Source: Acidimicrobiia bacterium (GTDB lineage: Bacteria > Actinomycetota > Acidimicrobiia > Spongiisociales > ZC4RG35). Taken from it: a stretch of DNA of 44,789 bases. The notes beneath the pieces were generated by a model. That model ran no database searches and was not told the DNA's origin. It saw only the letters and a program-made list of their open reading frames with translations. Position numbers and translations under genes: made by a program. This document shows, piece by piece, positions 17,246 through 26,302 of this stretch. Within the stretch, counting starts at the first letter, position 1. Every line of letters begins with the position of its first letter. The DNA lies in assembly GCA_026989215.1 (NCBI GenBank), contig JALSJV010000298.1, forward strand, positions 1 through 44,789, given 5' to 3'.

Positions 17246-17469
17246 TCCTGCCGGGCGATCTGGAGCCGGGGCTCGTCACCCGAGCCCGTCCTGATCACCA
17301 GGCCACGACCGTGGCTCAGGACCTCCCGGTGGACGAGCTCCCGACGCCGACGACGGGAGCCCCTCCACAGACCCGCCGCCACCAACGCGGCTCCGGTCAG
17401 GAGGCGGGCTTGGTCCCCGGTGCGGAGACCTCGGAAGAGGAGGGTGGTACCGCGGGCGACGAGGTTCAT
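17230..17469 (-). CDS. Small hypothetical protein
   Basis: 79-aa ORF filling the gap, with one hydrophobic segment and an Arg-rich stretch. Confidence 0.5.
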   Translation of the reverse strand: MNLVARGTTLLFRGLRTGDQARLLTGAALVAAGLWRGSRRRRRELVHREVLSHGRGLVIRTGSGDEPRLQIARQDQRTR

Positions 17470-17540
17470 GGAAGGGGCCGGTCCGTAATACAGTGCACGG
17501 TACTGCCCATCTGCTCCGTCCGTCGAACTGTGAGGACGCC

Positions 17541-17636
17541 ATGATGAACCGCCGCTTCATCCAGATCGTCACGGCCATCGTCGTGATCGGCATGGTCATG
17601 TCCGTGCTGGCCGCCGTCATCTCTGCGCTCTCATGA
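17541..17636 (+). CDS. 31-aa single-TM mini-protein (MMNRRFIQIVTAIVVIGMVMSVLAAVISALS)
   Basis: Not in the ORF track; GAGGA site 4 nt upstream, typical codon usage, stop overlaps the next ATG (ATGA). Confidence 0.7.
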   Translation: MMNRRFIQIVTAIVVIGMVMSVLAAVISALS

Positions 17637-17833
17637 AGGTCATCCTGCGTCAGCCGCGCCGCGAGATCGAGCTGGAGGGGGTTCGGCGAGTCCGGGACCT
17701 GCTGAAGCGTCTCGACATCGTCGCCGAGTCGGTGCTCGTGATCCGGGGCGACGAGCTCCTCACCATCGACGAGCCGCTCTCCGACGACGACGTGGTCGAG
17801 CTGCGGCCCGTCATCTCGGGGGGCGCTCGATGA
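17633..17833 (+). CDS. MoaD/ThiS family ubiquitin-like sulfur carrier (TtuB-like)
   Basis: 66 aa with a beta-grasp-like pattern ending VELRPVISGG-AR; directly upstream of ttuA. Confidence 0.88.
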   Translation: MKVILRQPRREIELEGVRRVRDLLKRLDIVAESVLVIRGDELLTIDEPLSDDDVVELRPVISGGAR

Positions 17834-18747
17834 AGTGCCGCGTCTGCCGTGAGAAGGCGGTCATCCAGATCCGTCGGCACAACGCCAACTTCTGCAAACC
17901 GCACTTCATCGCCCACGTCCGTCGCCAGGTCGAGCGCACCATCGCCGACTACTCGATGATCGCCCCCGGTGACCGGCTCCTGCTGGGAGTGTCGGGGGGC
18001 AAGGACAGTCTGGCCCTGTGGGACATCCTCACCGAGCTGGGATACCGGGTGGACGGGGTGTACCTGCATCTCGGCATCGGGGAGTACAGCTCCGACAGCC
18101 TCCGCTTCTCCCAGACCTTCGCCGAGGAGCGTGGGCTCCGTCTCGAGGTGGTGGATCTCCCCGCCGACTACGGGTTCTCGGTCCCCGAGGCGGCACGGGC
18201 GTCCCATCGGACGGCGTGCTCGGCCTGTGGTCTCTCCAAGCGCTACATCCTCAACCGCGTCGCGGTCGAAGGCGGCTACGACACCCTGGTGATGGGTCAC
18301 AACCTCGACGACGAAGCCGCCACCCTCTTCTCGAACGTCCTCCAGTGGAATCTCGAGTACCTCGCCCGACAGCACCCGGTGCTCCCGGCCGCCGACGGAC
18401 TCACCAAGAAGATCAAGCCCCTGATCCGGGTGGCGGAACGGGAGACCGCCGCCTACGCGGTGCTCTCGGGGATCGAGTACGAGGTCGAGGAATGCCCGAT
18501 GGCCGCGGGCAACACGATCAACCGCTACAAGGAGTGGCTGAACCGCCTGGAGGAGGAGTCTCCGGGGATCAAAGCCCAGTTCCTCAAGGGGTTCCTCGAC
18601 CGGGGATCGAAGGCCTTCCGCGAGGGCGGTCCCCCCGAGCTCGTGGCGTGTGAGTCCTGCGGGAGCCCGACGACGGGGGCGGTCTGTGCGTTCTGTCGGC
18701 TCCGCGACGTCACCCTCGTCGAGATCCGTCGTCGGGAGACGGCGTGA
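17830..18747 (+). CDS. ttuA: TtuA/Ncs6-like tRNA 2-thiolation sulfurtransferase (TIGR00269 family)
   Basis: N-terminal CRVC..CKPH Zn finger, PP-loop SGGKDS, CSAC, GHNLDD, ECP, and C-terminal CESC..CAFC Zn finger. Confidence 0.85.
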   Translation: MKCRVCREKAVIQIRRHNANFCKPHFIAHVRRQVERTIADYSMIAPGDRLLLGVSGGKDSLALWDILTELGYRVDGVYLHLGIGEYSSDSLRFSQTFAEERGLRLEVVDLPADYGFSVPEAARASHRTACSACGLSKRYILNRVAVEGGYDTLVMGHNLDDEAATLFSNVLQWNLEYLARQHPVLPAADGLTKKIKPLIRVAERETAAYAVLSGIEYEVEECPMAAGNTINRYKEWLNRLEEESPGIKAQFLKGFLDRGSKAFREGGPPELVACESCGSPTTGAVCAFCRLRDVTLVEIRRRETA

Positions 18748-19595
18748 GCGGCCCCTTCCGGCTCGGCGACTCCCTGCTCCTCGTCGACGGCAAGGGCAGG
18801 CACTATCTGGTGAAACTGGTCGAGGGCGGGGAGTTCCACTACCACCGGGGTGTGGTCCCCCACGCCGAGCTCGTCGGGAGATCCGAGGGGTGCTGGGTGA
18901 CGTCGACGGGAGGAGGTCGCCTGCTCGTGCTCCGACCCCGCCTCGCCGACTACATCCTGAAGATGCAGCGGGGAGCCCAGGTCGTCTACCCGAAGGACAT
19001 CGGTCCGATCCTCGTCTGGGCCGATATCGCACCGGGGATGACCGTGCTGGAGGCGGGGACCGGTTCGGGAGCGCTCGCCATGGCGTTGGCGAGGGCGGTG
19101 GGGGCCGGAGGGCGCGTCGTCAGTGTCGAGCGTCGGCCCGATCACGGGGCACACGCTCGCCGAGCCATCCGTCGCTGGTTCGGTGAGATCCCTCCGCAGC
19201 TGGAGCTCCGCGAGGGGGAGGTGGAGGACGTCGTCGGCGAGATCCGACCGGAGCGGCTCGTCCTCGACCTCCCCGAACCCTGGCACGTCGTGACCCCCGC
19301 TGCCGAACATCAACCCGGCGGAGCCGTCTTCTGTGCCTACCTCCCCACGATCCCCCAGGTCCAGACCCTGGTGGAGGCCCTCCGGAGCTCGGGACGTTTC
19401 GCCGAGATCGAGACCTTCGAGACCCTCCACCGCTCGTGGAAGGTGGCAGGCCGTTCGGTACGTCCCGACCACCAGATGGTGGGACACACCGGGTTCGTCA
19501 CCGTGGCCCGCCGGGTGGAGGCGCGGGTCGACGACGTCGGGTCGGCGACCGATGATGCGGGCGGGGCGGACCCTCAGGGGGTCACGGCTCGATGA
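18744..19595 (+). CDS. trmI: tRNA (adenine58-N1)-methyltransferase
   Basis: RGAQVVYPKD, LEAGTGSGAL, LDLPEPW and RPDHQMVGHTGF. Confidence 0.95.
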   Translation: MSGPFRLGDSLLLVDGKGRHYLVKLVEGGEFHYHRGVVPHAELVGRSEGCWVTSTGGGRLLVLRPRLADYILKMQRGAQVVYPKDIGPILVWADIAPGMTVLEAGTGSGALAMALARAVGAGGRVVSVERRPDHGAHARRAIRRWFGEIPPQLELREGEVEDVVGEIRPERLVLDLPEPWHVVTPAAEHQPGGAVFCAYLPTIPQVQTLVEALRSSGRFAEIETFETLHRSWKVAGRSVRPDHQMVGHTGFVTVARRVEARVDDVGSATDDAGGADPQGVTAR

Positions 19596-19827
19596 AGATG
19601 CACTCGCCGGGGCACTCCTCGGCGGCCTCGATCACGATGTCCTCCTGACCGGCGGGCACCGGCGCCAGACCCTGGGCACCCTGGGGGTTCCCCTCGGACT
19701 CGGCGTAGATCGTGTCGCCGTCACGCACATAGGCGAGGCCGTCGTCGAGGAGGACGAAGACGTCGGGGGCGATCTCCTCGCACAGCCCGTCTCCGGTGCA
19801 CAGGTCCTGGTCGATCCATACCTTCAT
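19582..19827 (-). CDS. Single-cluster ferredoxin
   Basis: MKVWIDQDLCTGDGLCEEIAP...ECPGECI; AGGAGAAGG ribosome-binding site and TACGAT -10 upstream on the minus strand. Confidence 0.92.
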   Translation of the reverse strand: MKVWIDQDLCTGDGLCEEIAPDVFVLLDDGLAYVRDGDTIYAESEGNPQGAQGLAPVPAGQEDIVIEAAEECPGECIFIEP

Positions 19828-19956
19828 GATGTGTGTTCCTTCTCCTGATACCGGCGCCCCATCGTAGTCGCCGACGGGCGCTTTCCGGGCATCCTCGAAG
19901 CCCGCGGGCAGGACGGCCGACGGAGAAGGTGTGGTCGCAATAGCGCCGACGCCCCA

Positions 19957-19962
19957 TATACT
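19957..19962 (+). promoter_or_regulatory. Putative -10 element TATACT of the arc/proteasome operon
   Basis: TATACT 33 nt upstream of arc; GAGGAGG ribosome-binding site follows. Confidence 0.55.
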
Positions 19963-19995
19963 GCGCGTGGAGCCCAACGAGGAGGGACGTCGCCC

Positions 19996-21723
19996 ATGAG
20001 CCAGAACCAGGGCGCCGACGAGGCAGCCGCCCTCCGCAGGAGGGTGGCGGACCTCGAAGCCGAGATCGACGACCTCAAGCGGAGACTGCGGGACGCGCCC
20101 CGACGTCTCCACGATCTCGAAGAGCGCCTCGCCGACAGCCAGCAGCGCCTGGCGCGAGCGATGGCGCAGAACGAGAAGCTCTCCTCGGTGCTCGAGGAGG
20201 CACGGGAACAGCTCAGTGTCCTCCGGGCGGAGGTGGAGAAGCTCACCACCCCTCCCAACGCCTTCGGCACGGTCCTCCAGGTCAACGAGGACGGATCGGT
20301 CGACGTGATGACCGGCAACCGCAAGTTACGGGTCGCCGCCCAGCCGAACATCGAGGTGAAGCAGCTCCAGGTCGGCCAGGAAGTCCTGCTGAACGAGAGC
20401 TTCACCATCGTCGACGTGCGCTCCTTCGACGCCTCCGGGGAGGTGGTGCGGGTCCGGGAGAAGCTCGACGACGGCCGCCTCGTGGTGATCGCCCACGCCG
20501 ACGACGAGCGGGTGGTGGAGCTGGCCGACTCGATGCGGGACGTGCCGTTGCGAGCCGGTGACTACGTGCGGATCGATCCGCGCAGCGGACTCGTCTTCGA
20601 GCGCCTGATCAGACCCGAGGTGCAGGAGTTGGTGCTCGAAGAGGTGCCCGACGTCACCTACGAACAGGTGGGAGGCCTTCGGGAGCAGATCGAGGAGATC
20701 CGTGACGCCGTCGAGCTTCCCTATCGGCACAAGGAGCTGTTCGCCGAGTACGGGTTGGTCCCGCCCAAGGGCATCCTCCTGTACGGTCCCCCGGGATGCG
20801 GGAAGACGTTGATCGCCAAGGCGGTGGCCAACAGCCTTGCCAAGGCGGTGGCCGAGCGCACCGGGCGACCCGACGCCCGCAGCTACTTCCTCAACGTCAA
20901 GGGTCCCGAGCTGCTGAACAAGTGGGTGGGGGAGACGGAACGCCAGATTCGTCTCATCTTCCAGCGGGCCAAGGAGAAGTCGGACGAGGGCGTGCCCGTG
21001 ATCGTGTTCTTCGACGAGATGGACTCTCTGTTCCGGACCCGGGGGAGCGGGATCTCCTCGGATGTCGAGTCGACGATCGTGCCCCAGCTCTTGAGCGAGC
21101 TCGACGGGGTCGAGTCGCTGAAGAACGTGATCGTGATCGGAGCCTCCAACCGTGAGGACCTCATCGACCCCGCCATCCTCCGCCCGGGGCGTCTCGACGT
21201 GAAGATCAAGATCAACCGACCGGACCCGGTGGCGGCGCGGGAGATCTTCAAGATCTACCTGTCGAGGGACGTCCCCATCGATCCCGAGACCCTCGCCGCC
21301 AAGGGCGGCGACCGGGAGGCGGTGATCGCCGACTTCATCGAGGCCACCGTGGCGGCGATGTACGCCGAGACCGACGAGAACCGGTTCCTGGAGGTGACGT
21401 ACGCCAACGGTGATCGGGAGATCCTGTACTTCAAGGACTTCTCCAGCGGGGCGATGATCGAGAACATCGTTCGGCGGGCGAAGAAGGACGCCATCAAGCG
21501 CCAGATCGCCGGCGGCACCCGCGGGATCAAGAAGGAGGATCTGCTCAACGCCATCAAGCAGGAGTTCCGAGAGCACGAAGACCTGCCCAACACCACCAAC
21601 CCCGACGACTGGGCGAAGATCTCGGGCAAGAAGGGCGAACGGATCGTCTACGTCCGTACCCTGTTGGACGGTGACGGCGAGAGCCGGATGGTGGACGGCG
21701 TCTCCACCGGGCAGTATCTCTGA
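19996..21723 (+). CDS. arc: Proteasome ATPase ARC/Mpa
   Basis: N-terminal coiled coil, OB domains, [31 protein letters not shown] and C-terminal GQYL. Confidence 0.98.
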   Translation: MSQNQGADEAAALRRRVADLEAEIDDLKRRLRDAPRRLHDLEERLADSQQRLARAMAQNEKLSSVLEEAREQLSVLRAEVEKLTTPPNAFGTVLQVNEDGSVDVMTGNRKLRVAAQPNIEVKQLQVGQEVLLNESFTIVDVRSFDASGEVVRVREKLDDGRLVVIAHADDERVVELADSMRDVPLRAGDYVRIDPRSGLVFERLIRPEVQELVLEEVPDVTYEQVGGLREQIEEIRDAVELPYRHKELFAEYGLVPPKGILLYGPPGCGKTLIAKAVANSLAKAVAERTGRPDARSYFLNVKGPELLNKWVGETERQIRLIFQRAKEKSDEGVPVIVFFDEMDSLFRTRGSGISSDVESTIVPQLLSELDGVESLKNVIVIGASNREDLIDPAILRPGRLDVKIKINRPDPVAAREIFKIYLSRDVPIDPETLAAKGGDREAVIADFIEATVAAMYAETDENRFLEVTYANGDREILYFKDFSSGAMIENIVRRAKKDAIKRQIAGGTRGIKKEDLLNAIKQEFREHEDLPNTTNPDDWAKISGKKGERIVYVRTLLDGDGESRMVDGVSTGQYL

Positions 21724-21724
21724 C

Positions 21725-23200
21725 ATGGCGCTCCGCAAGGTGCTCGGCACCGAGACCGAGTACGGGATCACGGTTCGGGGACAGCCGGACTTCAACCCCG
21801 CCGTCGCCTCCGCCCTCGTGATCAACGCCTTCCCCGGGGAGCGGGTGCGGGTCCAGTGGTCCTTCGAGGAGGAGTCGCCCGGGCGGGATGCCCGTGGGTT
21901 CGGGCACGAGGGCTACGGCGTCGCCGATCCCGACTCCGCCCTCGTCAACGCGGTGCTCTCCAACGGTGCTCGGCTCTACGTCGACCACGCCCATCCCGAG
22001 TACTCGGGTCCGGAATGCTGGGATCCCCTCCAGGGCGCCCTCTACGACAAGGCGGGCGAGGTGGTGATGCACGTCTCCGCCGTCGAGGCCTGCCGCGCCC
22101 TGCCCGAGGGTCACGAGGTCCGGCTGTACAAGAACAACTCCGACGGCAAGGGCAACTCCTATGGGGCGCACGAGAACTACCTGCTCGCCCGTGATCTCCC
22201 CTTCGGGGACGTGATCCGCTACGCGACGACCTTCCTGGTGACCCGACAGGTGTTCACGGGCTCGGGCAAGGTGGGAGCCGAGAACGGCCGCCCGTCGGTG
22301 GACTTCCAGGTGACCCAGCGGGCCGATTTCTTCGAGGAGGAGGTGGGCCTCGAGACGACGCTGAAACGTCCCATCGTCAACACCCGGGACGAACCCCACG
22401 GCGATCCCGGGAAATACCGGCGCCTCCACGTGATCATCGGCGACGCCAACCTGTCGGAGGTGCAGACCTTCCTCAAGCTCGGATCGATGGCGCTGCTCCT
22501 CGCCGCCTTGGAGGACGGTGCCCTGCCCGAGGCCTTGGAGCTCGACGACCCGGTCGAGGCCTGTTGGAAGGTGAGCCACGATCCCACCCTCTCCGAGACC
22601 CTGCCGTTGGCAGAAGGGGGTCGGGCGACGGCGCTCGAGCTCCAGTTCCGATATCTGGAGTGGATCGAGAAGTACGTCCGCTCGGAGATGGACGAGCCGG
22701 TGTGGGATCGAGTGCTGGAGGTGTGGCGGGGCGTGCTCGAGGATCTCGAGGCCGAACCCATGAGGACCGCCGACCGGCTCGACTGGGTGGCGAAATACCG
22801 ACTCCTCGAGGGGTTCAGGGAGCGGGACGGACTCGACTGGAACGCCGCCAAACTCAAGGCTCTCGACCTCCAGTATCACGACGTGGATCCCGAACGGGGG
22901 CTCTACCACCGGCTCGTGCGGAGGGGTGCCATGCAGCGGCTCTTCACCGACGAGGAGATCCTGGCGGCCGTCGGCGATCCGCCCGAGCGGACCCGTGCCT
23001 ATTTCCGGGGACGTTGCGTGCGCGACTTCCCCGATTCGCTCATCGCCGCCAACTGGGATTCGCTGGTCTTCGACATCGGCGAATCCCATCTCAAGCGGGT
23101 TCCTATGATGGAGCCCCTGAGAGGAGACCGCGACCGCGTCGGGCCGCTGCTGGATTCGGTGGCCGACGCATCCGAACTGATCGAGGCGTTAGGAGGCTGA
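21725..23200 (+). CDS. dop: Depupylase/deamidase Dop
   Basis: GTETEYGI, NGARLYVDHAHPEYS, KNNSDGKGNSYGAHENY, TTLKRPIVNTRDEPH and AANWDS. Confidence 0.96.
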   Translation: MALRKVLGTETEYGITVRGQPDFNPAVASALVINAFPGERVRVQWSFEEESPGRDARGFGHEGYGVADPDSALVNAVLSNGARLYVDHAHPEYSGPECWDPLQGALYDKAGEVVMHVSAVEACRALPEGHEVRLYKNNSDGKGNSYGAHENYLLARDLPFGDVIRYATTFLVTRQVFTGSGKVGAENGRPSVDFQVTQRADFFEEEVGLETTLKRPIVNTRDEPHGDPGKYRRLHVIIGDANLSEVQTFLKLGSMALLLAALEDGALPEALELDDPVEACWKVSHDPTLSETLPLAEGGRATALELQFRYLEWIEKYVRSEMDEPVWDRVLEVWRGVLEDLEAEPMRTADRLDWVAKYRLLEGFRERDGLDWNAAKLKALDLQYHDVDPERGLYHRLVRRGAMQRLFTDEEILAAVGDPPERTRAYFRGRCVRDFPDSLIAANWDSLVFDIGESHLKRVPMMEPLRGDRDRVGPLLDSVADASELIEALGG

Positions 23201-23201
23201 C

Positions 23202-23390
23202 ATGTCGGACCAGGAGCGGGCCCGTCGTCCGGCCCGGAAGCAAGAGGAGACCGAAGAGACCGAGGTCATCGAGGAGTCGGTCGAAGCCGACGTGGAGAAG
23301 ATCGACGAGCTGCTCGACGAGATCGACTCGGTGTTGGAGGAGAACGCCGAGGAATTCGTCAAGAACTACGTGCAGAAGGGCGGCGAGTGA
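23202..23390 (+). CDS. pup: Prokaryotic ubiquitin-like protein Pup (C-terminal GGE)
   Basis: DELLDEIDSVLEENAEEFVKNYVQKGGE; AGGAGG ribosome-binding site. Confidence 0.98.
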   Translation: MSDQERARRPARKQEETEETEVIEESVEADVEKIDELLDEIDSVLEENAEEFVKNYVQKGGE

Positions 23391-24181
23391 ACCCGTCACG
23401 GATGCCTCTCCCCCTCGACGCGCCGCTGCCGGGATCCAGTTTCACCGAGCTCCTGACCGGGCTCGGCCAAGCCCCGACCTGGGACGTCCCCCCCGGGGCG
23501 GAACGGATGCTGCAGGCCCCCGAGGGGACGACGGTCCTCGCCCTCCGCTACGCGGGTGGGGTGGTGATGGCGGGCGACCGCCAAGCCACCGAGGGCACCA
23601 CCGTCGCCCATCGCCGAATCCAGAAGGTGTTCCCCGCCGATCGATACTCGGCCGTCGCCATCGCGGGGACCGCCGGACTCGCCATCGAGATGGTCCGGCT
23701 CTTCCAGGTCGAGCTCGAACACTACGAGAAGATCGAAGGGATCCGGCTCAGCCTCGAAGGGAAGGCGAACTTCCTTGCCCGACTGGTCCGGGGTCAGCTT
23801 CCGATGGTCTTCCAAGGGTTGATCGTCGTGCCGCTGTTCGCCGGGTACGACGAGCACGAAGAGCGAGGCCGTCTCTACACCTTCGACATCGTCGGCGGGC
23901 GATACGAGGAGCGAGACTACGGATCCACCGGGTCCGGTTCCCGGCTGGCGAAGTCGTATCTTCGTACCGCCTTCCGGCCCGATCTCGATCCGTCCGCTGC
24001 GCTCCGCGTCGCCCTCGGTGCGCTGGTGGCGGCCGCCGACGAGGACGTCGCCACCGGCGGTCCGGACCTGCGGCGGGGGATCCTCCCCAGCGTCTACGCC
24101 GTCGACGCCGACGGCGTGCGCGAGGTCCCCGAGGACCTGGTGCGCGAGGCGGCCGAAGCCGCCCTGGAGGAGGTCCGGTGA
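23387..24181 (+). CDS. prcB: Proteasome subunit beta
   Basis: Propeptide, then G|TTVLAL (catalytic Thr), AGDRQAT, ELEHYEKIEG, GSGS and TGGPD. Confidence 0.97.
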   Translation: MNPSRMPLPLDAPLPGSSFTELLTGLGQAPTWDVPPGAERMLQAPEGTTVLALRYAGGVVMAGDRQATEGTTVAHRRIQKVFPADRYSAVAIAGTAGLAIEMVRLFQVELEHYEKIEGIRLSLEGKANFLARLVRGQLPMVFQGLIVVPLFAGYDEHEERGRLYTFDIVGGRYEERDYGSTGSGSRLAKSYLRTAFRPDLDPSAALRVALGALVAAADEDVATGGPDLRRGILPSVYAVDADGVREVPEDLVREAAEAALEEVR

Positions 24182-24861
24182 GCATCCCCTTCTACGTCGC
24201 ACCGGAACAGCTCGTCCGCGACAAGGCGGAGTTCGCACGCAAGGGGATCGCCCGGGGCCGGTCGATCCTCGCCATCGAGTACGACCGGGGGGTGTTGCTC
24301 ATCGCCGAGAACCCCTCCTCGGCCCTCCACAAGATCAGCGAGATGTACGACCGGATCGCCTTCGCCGGCGTCGGGAAGTACAACGAATTCGAGACCCTCC
24401 GCAAGGCGGGGATTCGTCAGGCCGACCTGATGGGATACCTGTACAGCCGCAGCGACGTCACCGCGCAGGGGATCGCCACGGCGTTCTCGCAGACGCTCGG
24501 CTCGATCTTCAGCCACGAGATGAAGCCGTACGAAGTGGAGGTGCTCATCTGTGAGGTGGGTGCCGACGGGGAGCCGAACCGGCTCTTCAAGGTGTCCTAC
24601 GACGGGACGCTGTTCGACGAACGGCGGTTCTGCGCCATCGGAGGCAAGGCCGAGGCGCTGGCCGACGCCGTCCGGGAGGGTTTCCGAGACGACATGGACC
24701 TTCCCGCGGCGATCCGTCTGGCGGTGCAGGCCTTCCGGGCTGCGGAAGAACGCGAACCCGAAGGCTGGGAGGCGGCGGTGCTCGACCTGTCGAACGGGCG
24801 ACGGGCCTTCCGTCGGCTGGGGGAGTCCGAGATCACCGCGGCCATCGAGGGCGGGGACTGA
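24178..24861 (+). CDS. prcA: Proteasome subunit alpha
   Basis: [37 protein letters not shown] and KPYEVE; GTGA overlap. Confidence 0.97.
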   Translation: MSIPFYVAPEQLVRDKAEFARKGIARGRSILAIEYDRGVLLIAENPSSALHKISEMYDRIAFAGVGKYNEFETLRKAGIRQADLMGYLYSRSDVTAQGIATAFSQTLGSIFSHEMKPYEVEVLICEVGADGEPNRLFKVSYDGTLFDERRFCAIGGKAEALADAVREGFRDDMDLPAAIRLAVQAFRAAEEREPEGWEAAVLDLSNGRRAFRRLGESEITAAIEGGD

Positions 24862-24904
24862 AGAACTTCGGTCCACAAGCGCCGGGCCCGGGTACGCTGA
24901 CCGA

Positions 24905-26260
24905 GTGGACCGGCGGATCTTCGGCCTCGAGAACGAGTACGGCGTCACCTGCACGCTGCGGGGGCAGCGGCGCCTCAGCCCGGATGAGGTCGCGCGCTAC
25001 CTGTTCCGGCGGGTGGTGAGCTGGGGGCGGTCGTCGAACGTGTTCCTGGAGAACGGCGCCCGCCTCTACCTCGACGTGGGCAGCCATCCCGAGTACGCCA
25101 CCCCGGAATGCGATCGGCTCGTCGACGTCGTCGCCCACGACAAGGCGGGGGAGCTGATCCTGGAGAGTCTCGTGCACTCCGCCGAGCAGCGGTTGGAGGA
25201 GGAGGGCATCCGAGGGGAGATCTACCTCTTCAAGAACAACACCGACTCGGCGGGGAACTCCTACGGCTGCCACGAGAACTACCTGGTGCCGCGCCACAAG
25301 GACTTTCATCGGACCGTCGACGTGCTCATCCCCTTCCTCGTCACCCGGCAGATCTTCCTCGGGGCGGGCAAGCTGCTCCAGACCCCACGGGGCACCAGCT
25401 ACTCCATCTCCCAGCGGGCGGAGCACATCTGGGAGGGTGTGTCCTCGGCGACGACCCGGAGCCGTCCGATCATCAACACCCGGGACGAGCCCCACGCCGA
25501 CGCCGAACGGTACCGGCGGCTGCACGTGATCGCCGGGGATTCGAACATGAGCGAATACGCCACGTTCGTGAAGGTCGGGACCGTCGTCGCCCTGCTGCAG
25601 ATGATCGAGCGGGACGTCGTGTTCCGGGATCTGACCCTCGAGAACCCGATCCGCGCCATCCGGGAGATCTCCCACGACATGACCTGTCGCAAGAAGGTCC
25701 GACTCGCCAACGGACGAGAGCTCTCCGCCCTCGACATCCAATGGGAGTACCTGGAACGGGCGCTCCGGTTCGCTCGCAGCCCGGGGTTCCCGCCGGAGAT
25801 CGAGGAGGCGATCCACCGGTGGGAACATCTCCTCACCGGCCTCGAGAAGGACCCGCTCTCCCTGGACCGGGAGGTGGATTGGGTGATCAAGCTTCGGTTG
25901 CTCGAACGGTACCGCCAGAAGCGTGGCCTCCCCATGTCCGATGCCCGCCTGGCCATGCTCGACCTGGCGTACCACGACGTGAGCCGCTCCCGGGGGCTCT
26001 ACAACCTCCTCGCCCGGGAGGGCATGGTGGACCGGGTCGTCTCCGACGACGACGTGGGCCGGGCCGTCGTCGAGCCGCCCCAGACCACCCGCGCCCGCCT
26101 GCGGGGGGCGTTCATCCGGGCGGCGAAGGCGAAGAAACGGGACTTCACGGTGGACTGGGTGCATCTCAAACTGAACGACCAGGCCCAGCGCACCGTCCTG
26201 TGCAAGGACCCCTTCAAGGCGTTCGACGAGCGGGTGGATCGTCTCATCGAGACCCTCTGA
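24905..26260 (+). CDS. pafA: Pup-protein ligase
   Basis: [51 protein letters not shown] and [10 protein letters not shown]; TACGCT -10 6 nt upstream (leaderless). Confidence 0.97.
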   Translation: MDRRIFGLENEYGVTCTLRGQRRLSPDEVARYLFRRVVSWGRSSNVFLENGARLYLDVGSHPEYATPECDRLVDVVAHDKAGELILESLVHSAEQRLEEEGIRGEIYLFKNNTDSAGNSYGCHENYLVPRHKDFHRTVDVLIPFLVTRQIFLGAGKLLQTPRGTSYSISQRAEHIWEGVSSATTRSRPIINTRDEPHADAERYRRLHVIAGDSNMSEYATFVKVGTVVALLQMIERDVVFRDLTLENPIRAIREISHDMTCRKKVRLANGRELSALDIQWEYLERALRFARSPGFPPEIEEAIHRWEHLLTGLEKDPLSLDREVDWVIKLRLLERYRQKRGLPMSDARLAMLDLAYHDVSRSRGLYNLLAREGMVDRVVSDDDVGRAVVEPPQTTRARLRGAFIRAAKAKKRDFTVDWVHLKLNDQAQRTVLCKDPFKAFDERVDRLIETL

Positions 26261-26302
26261 GGGGTGCTTCACCCCGGGGCTCGAGCGCCGTACAGTCCTG
26301 GT

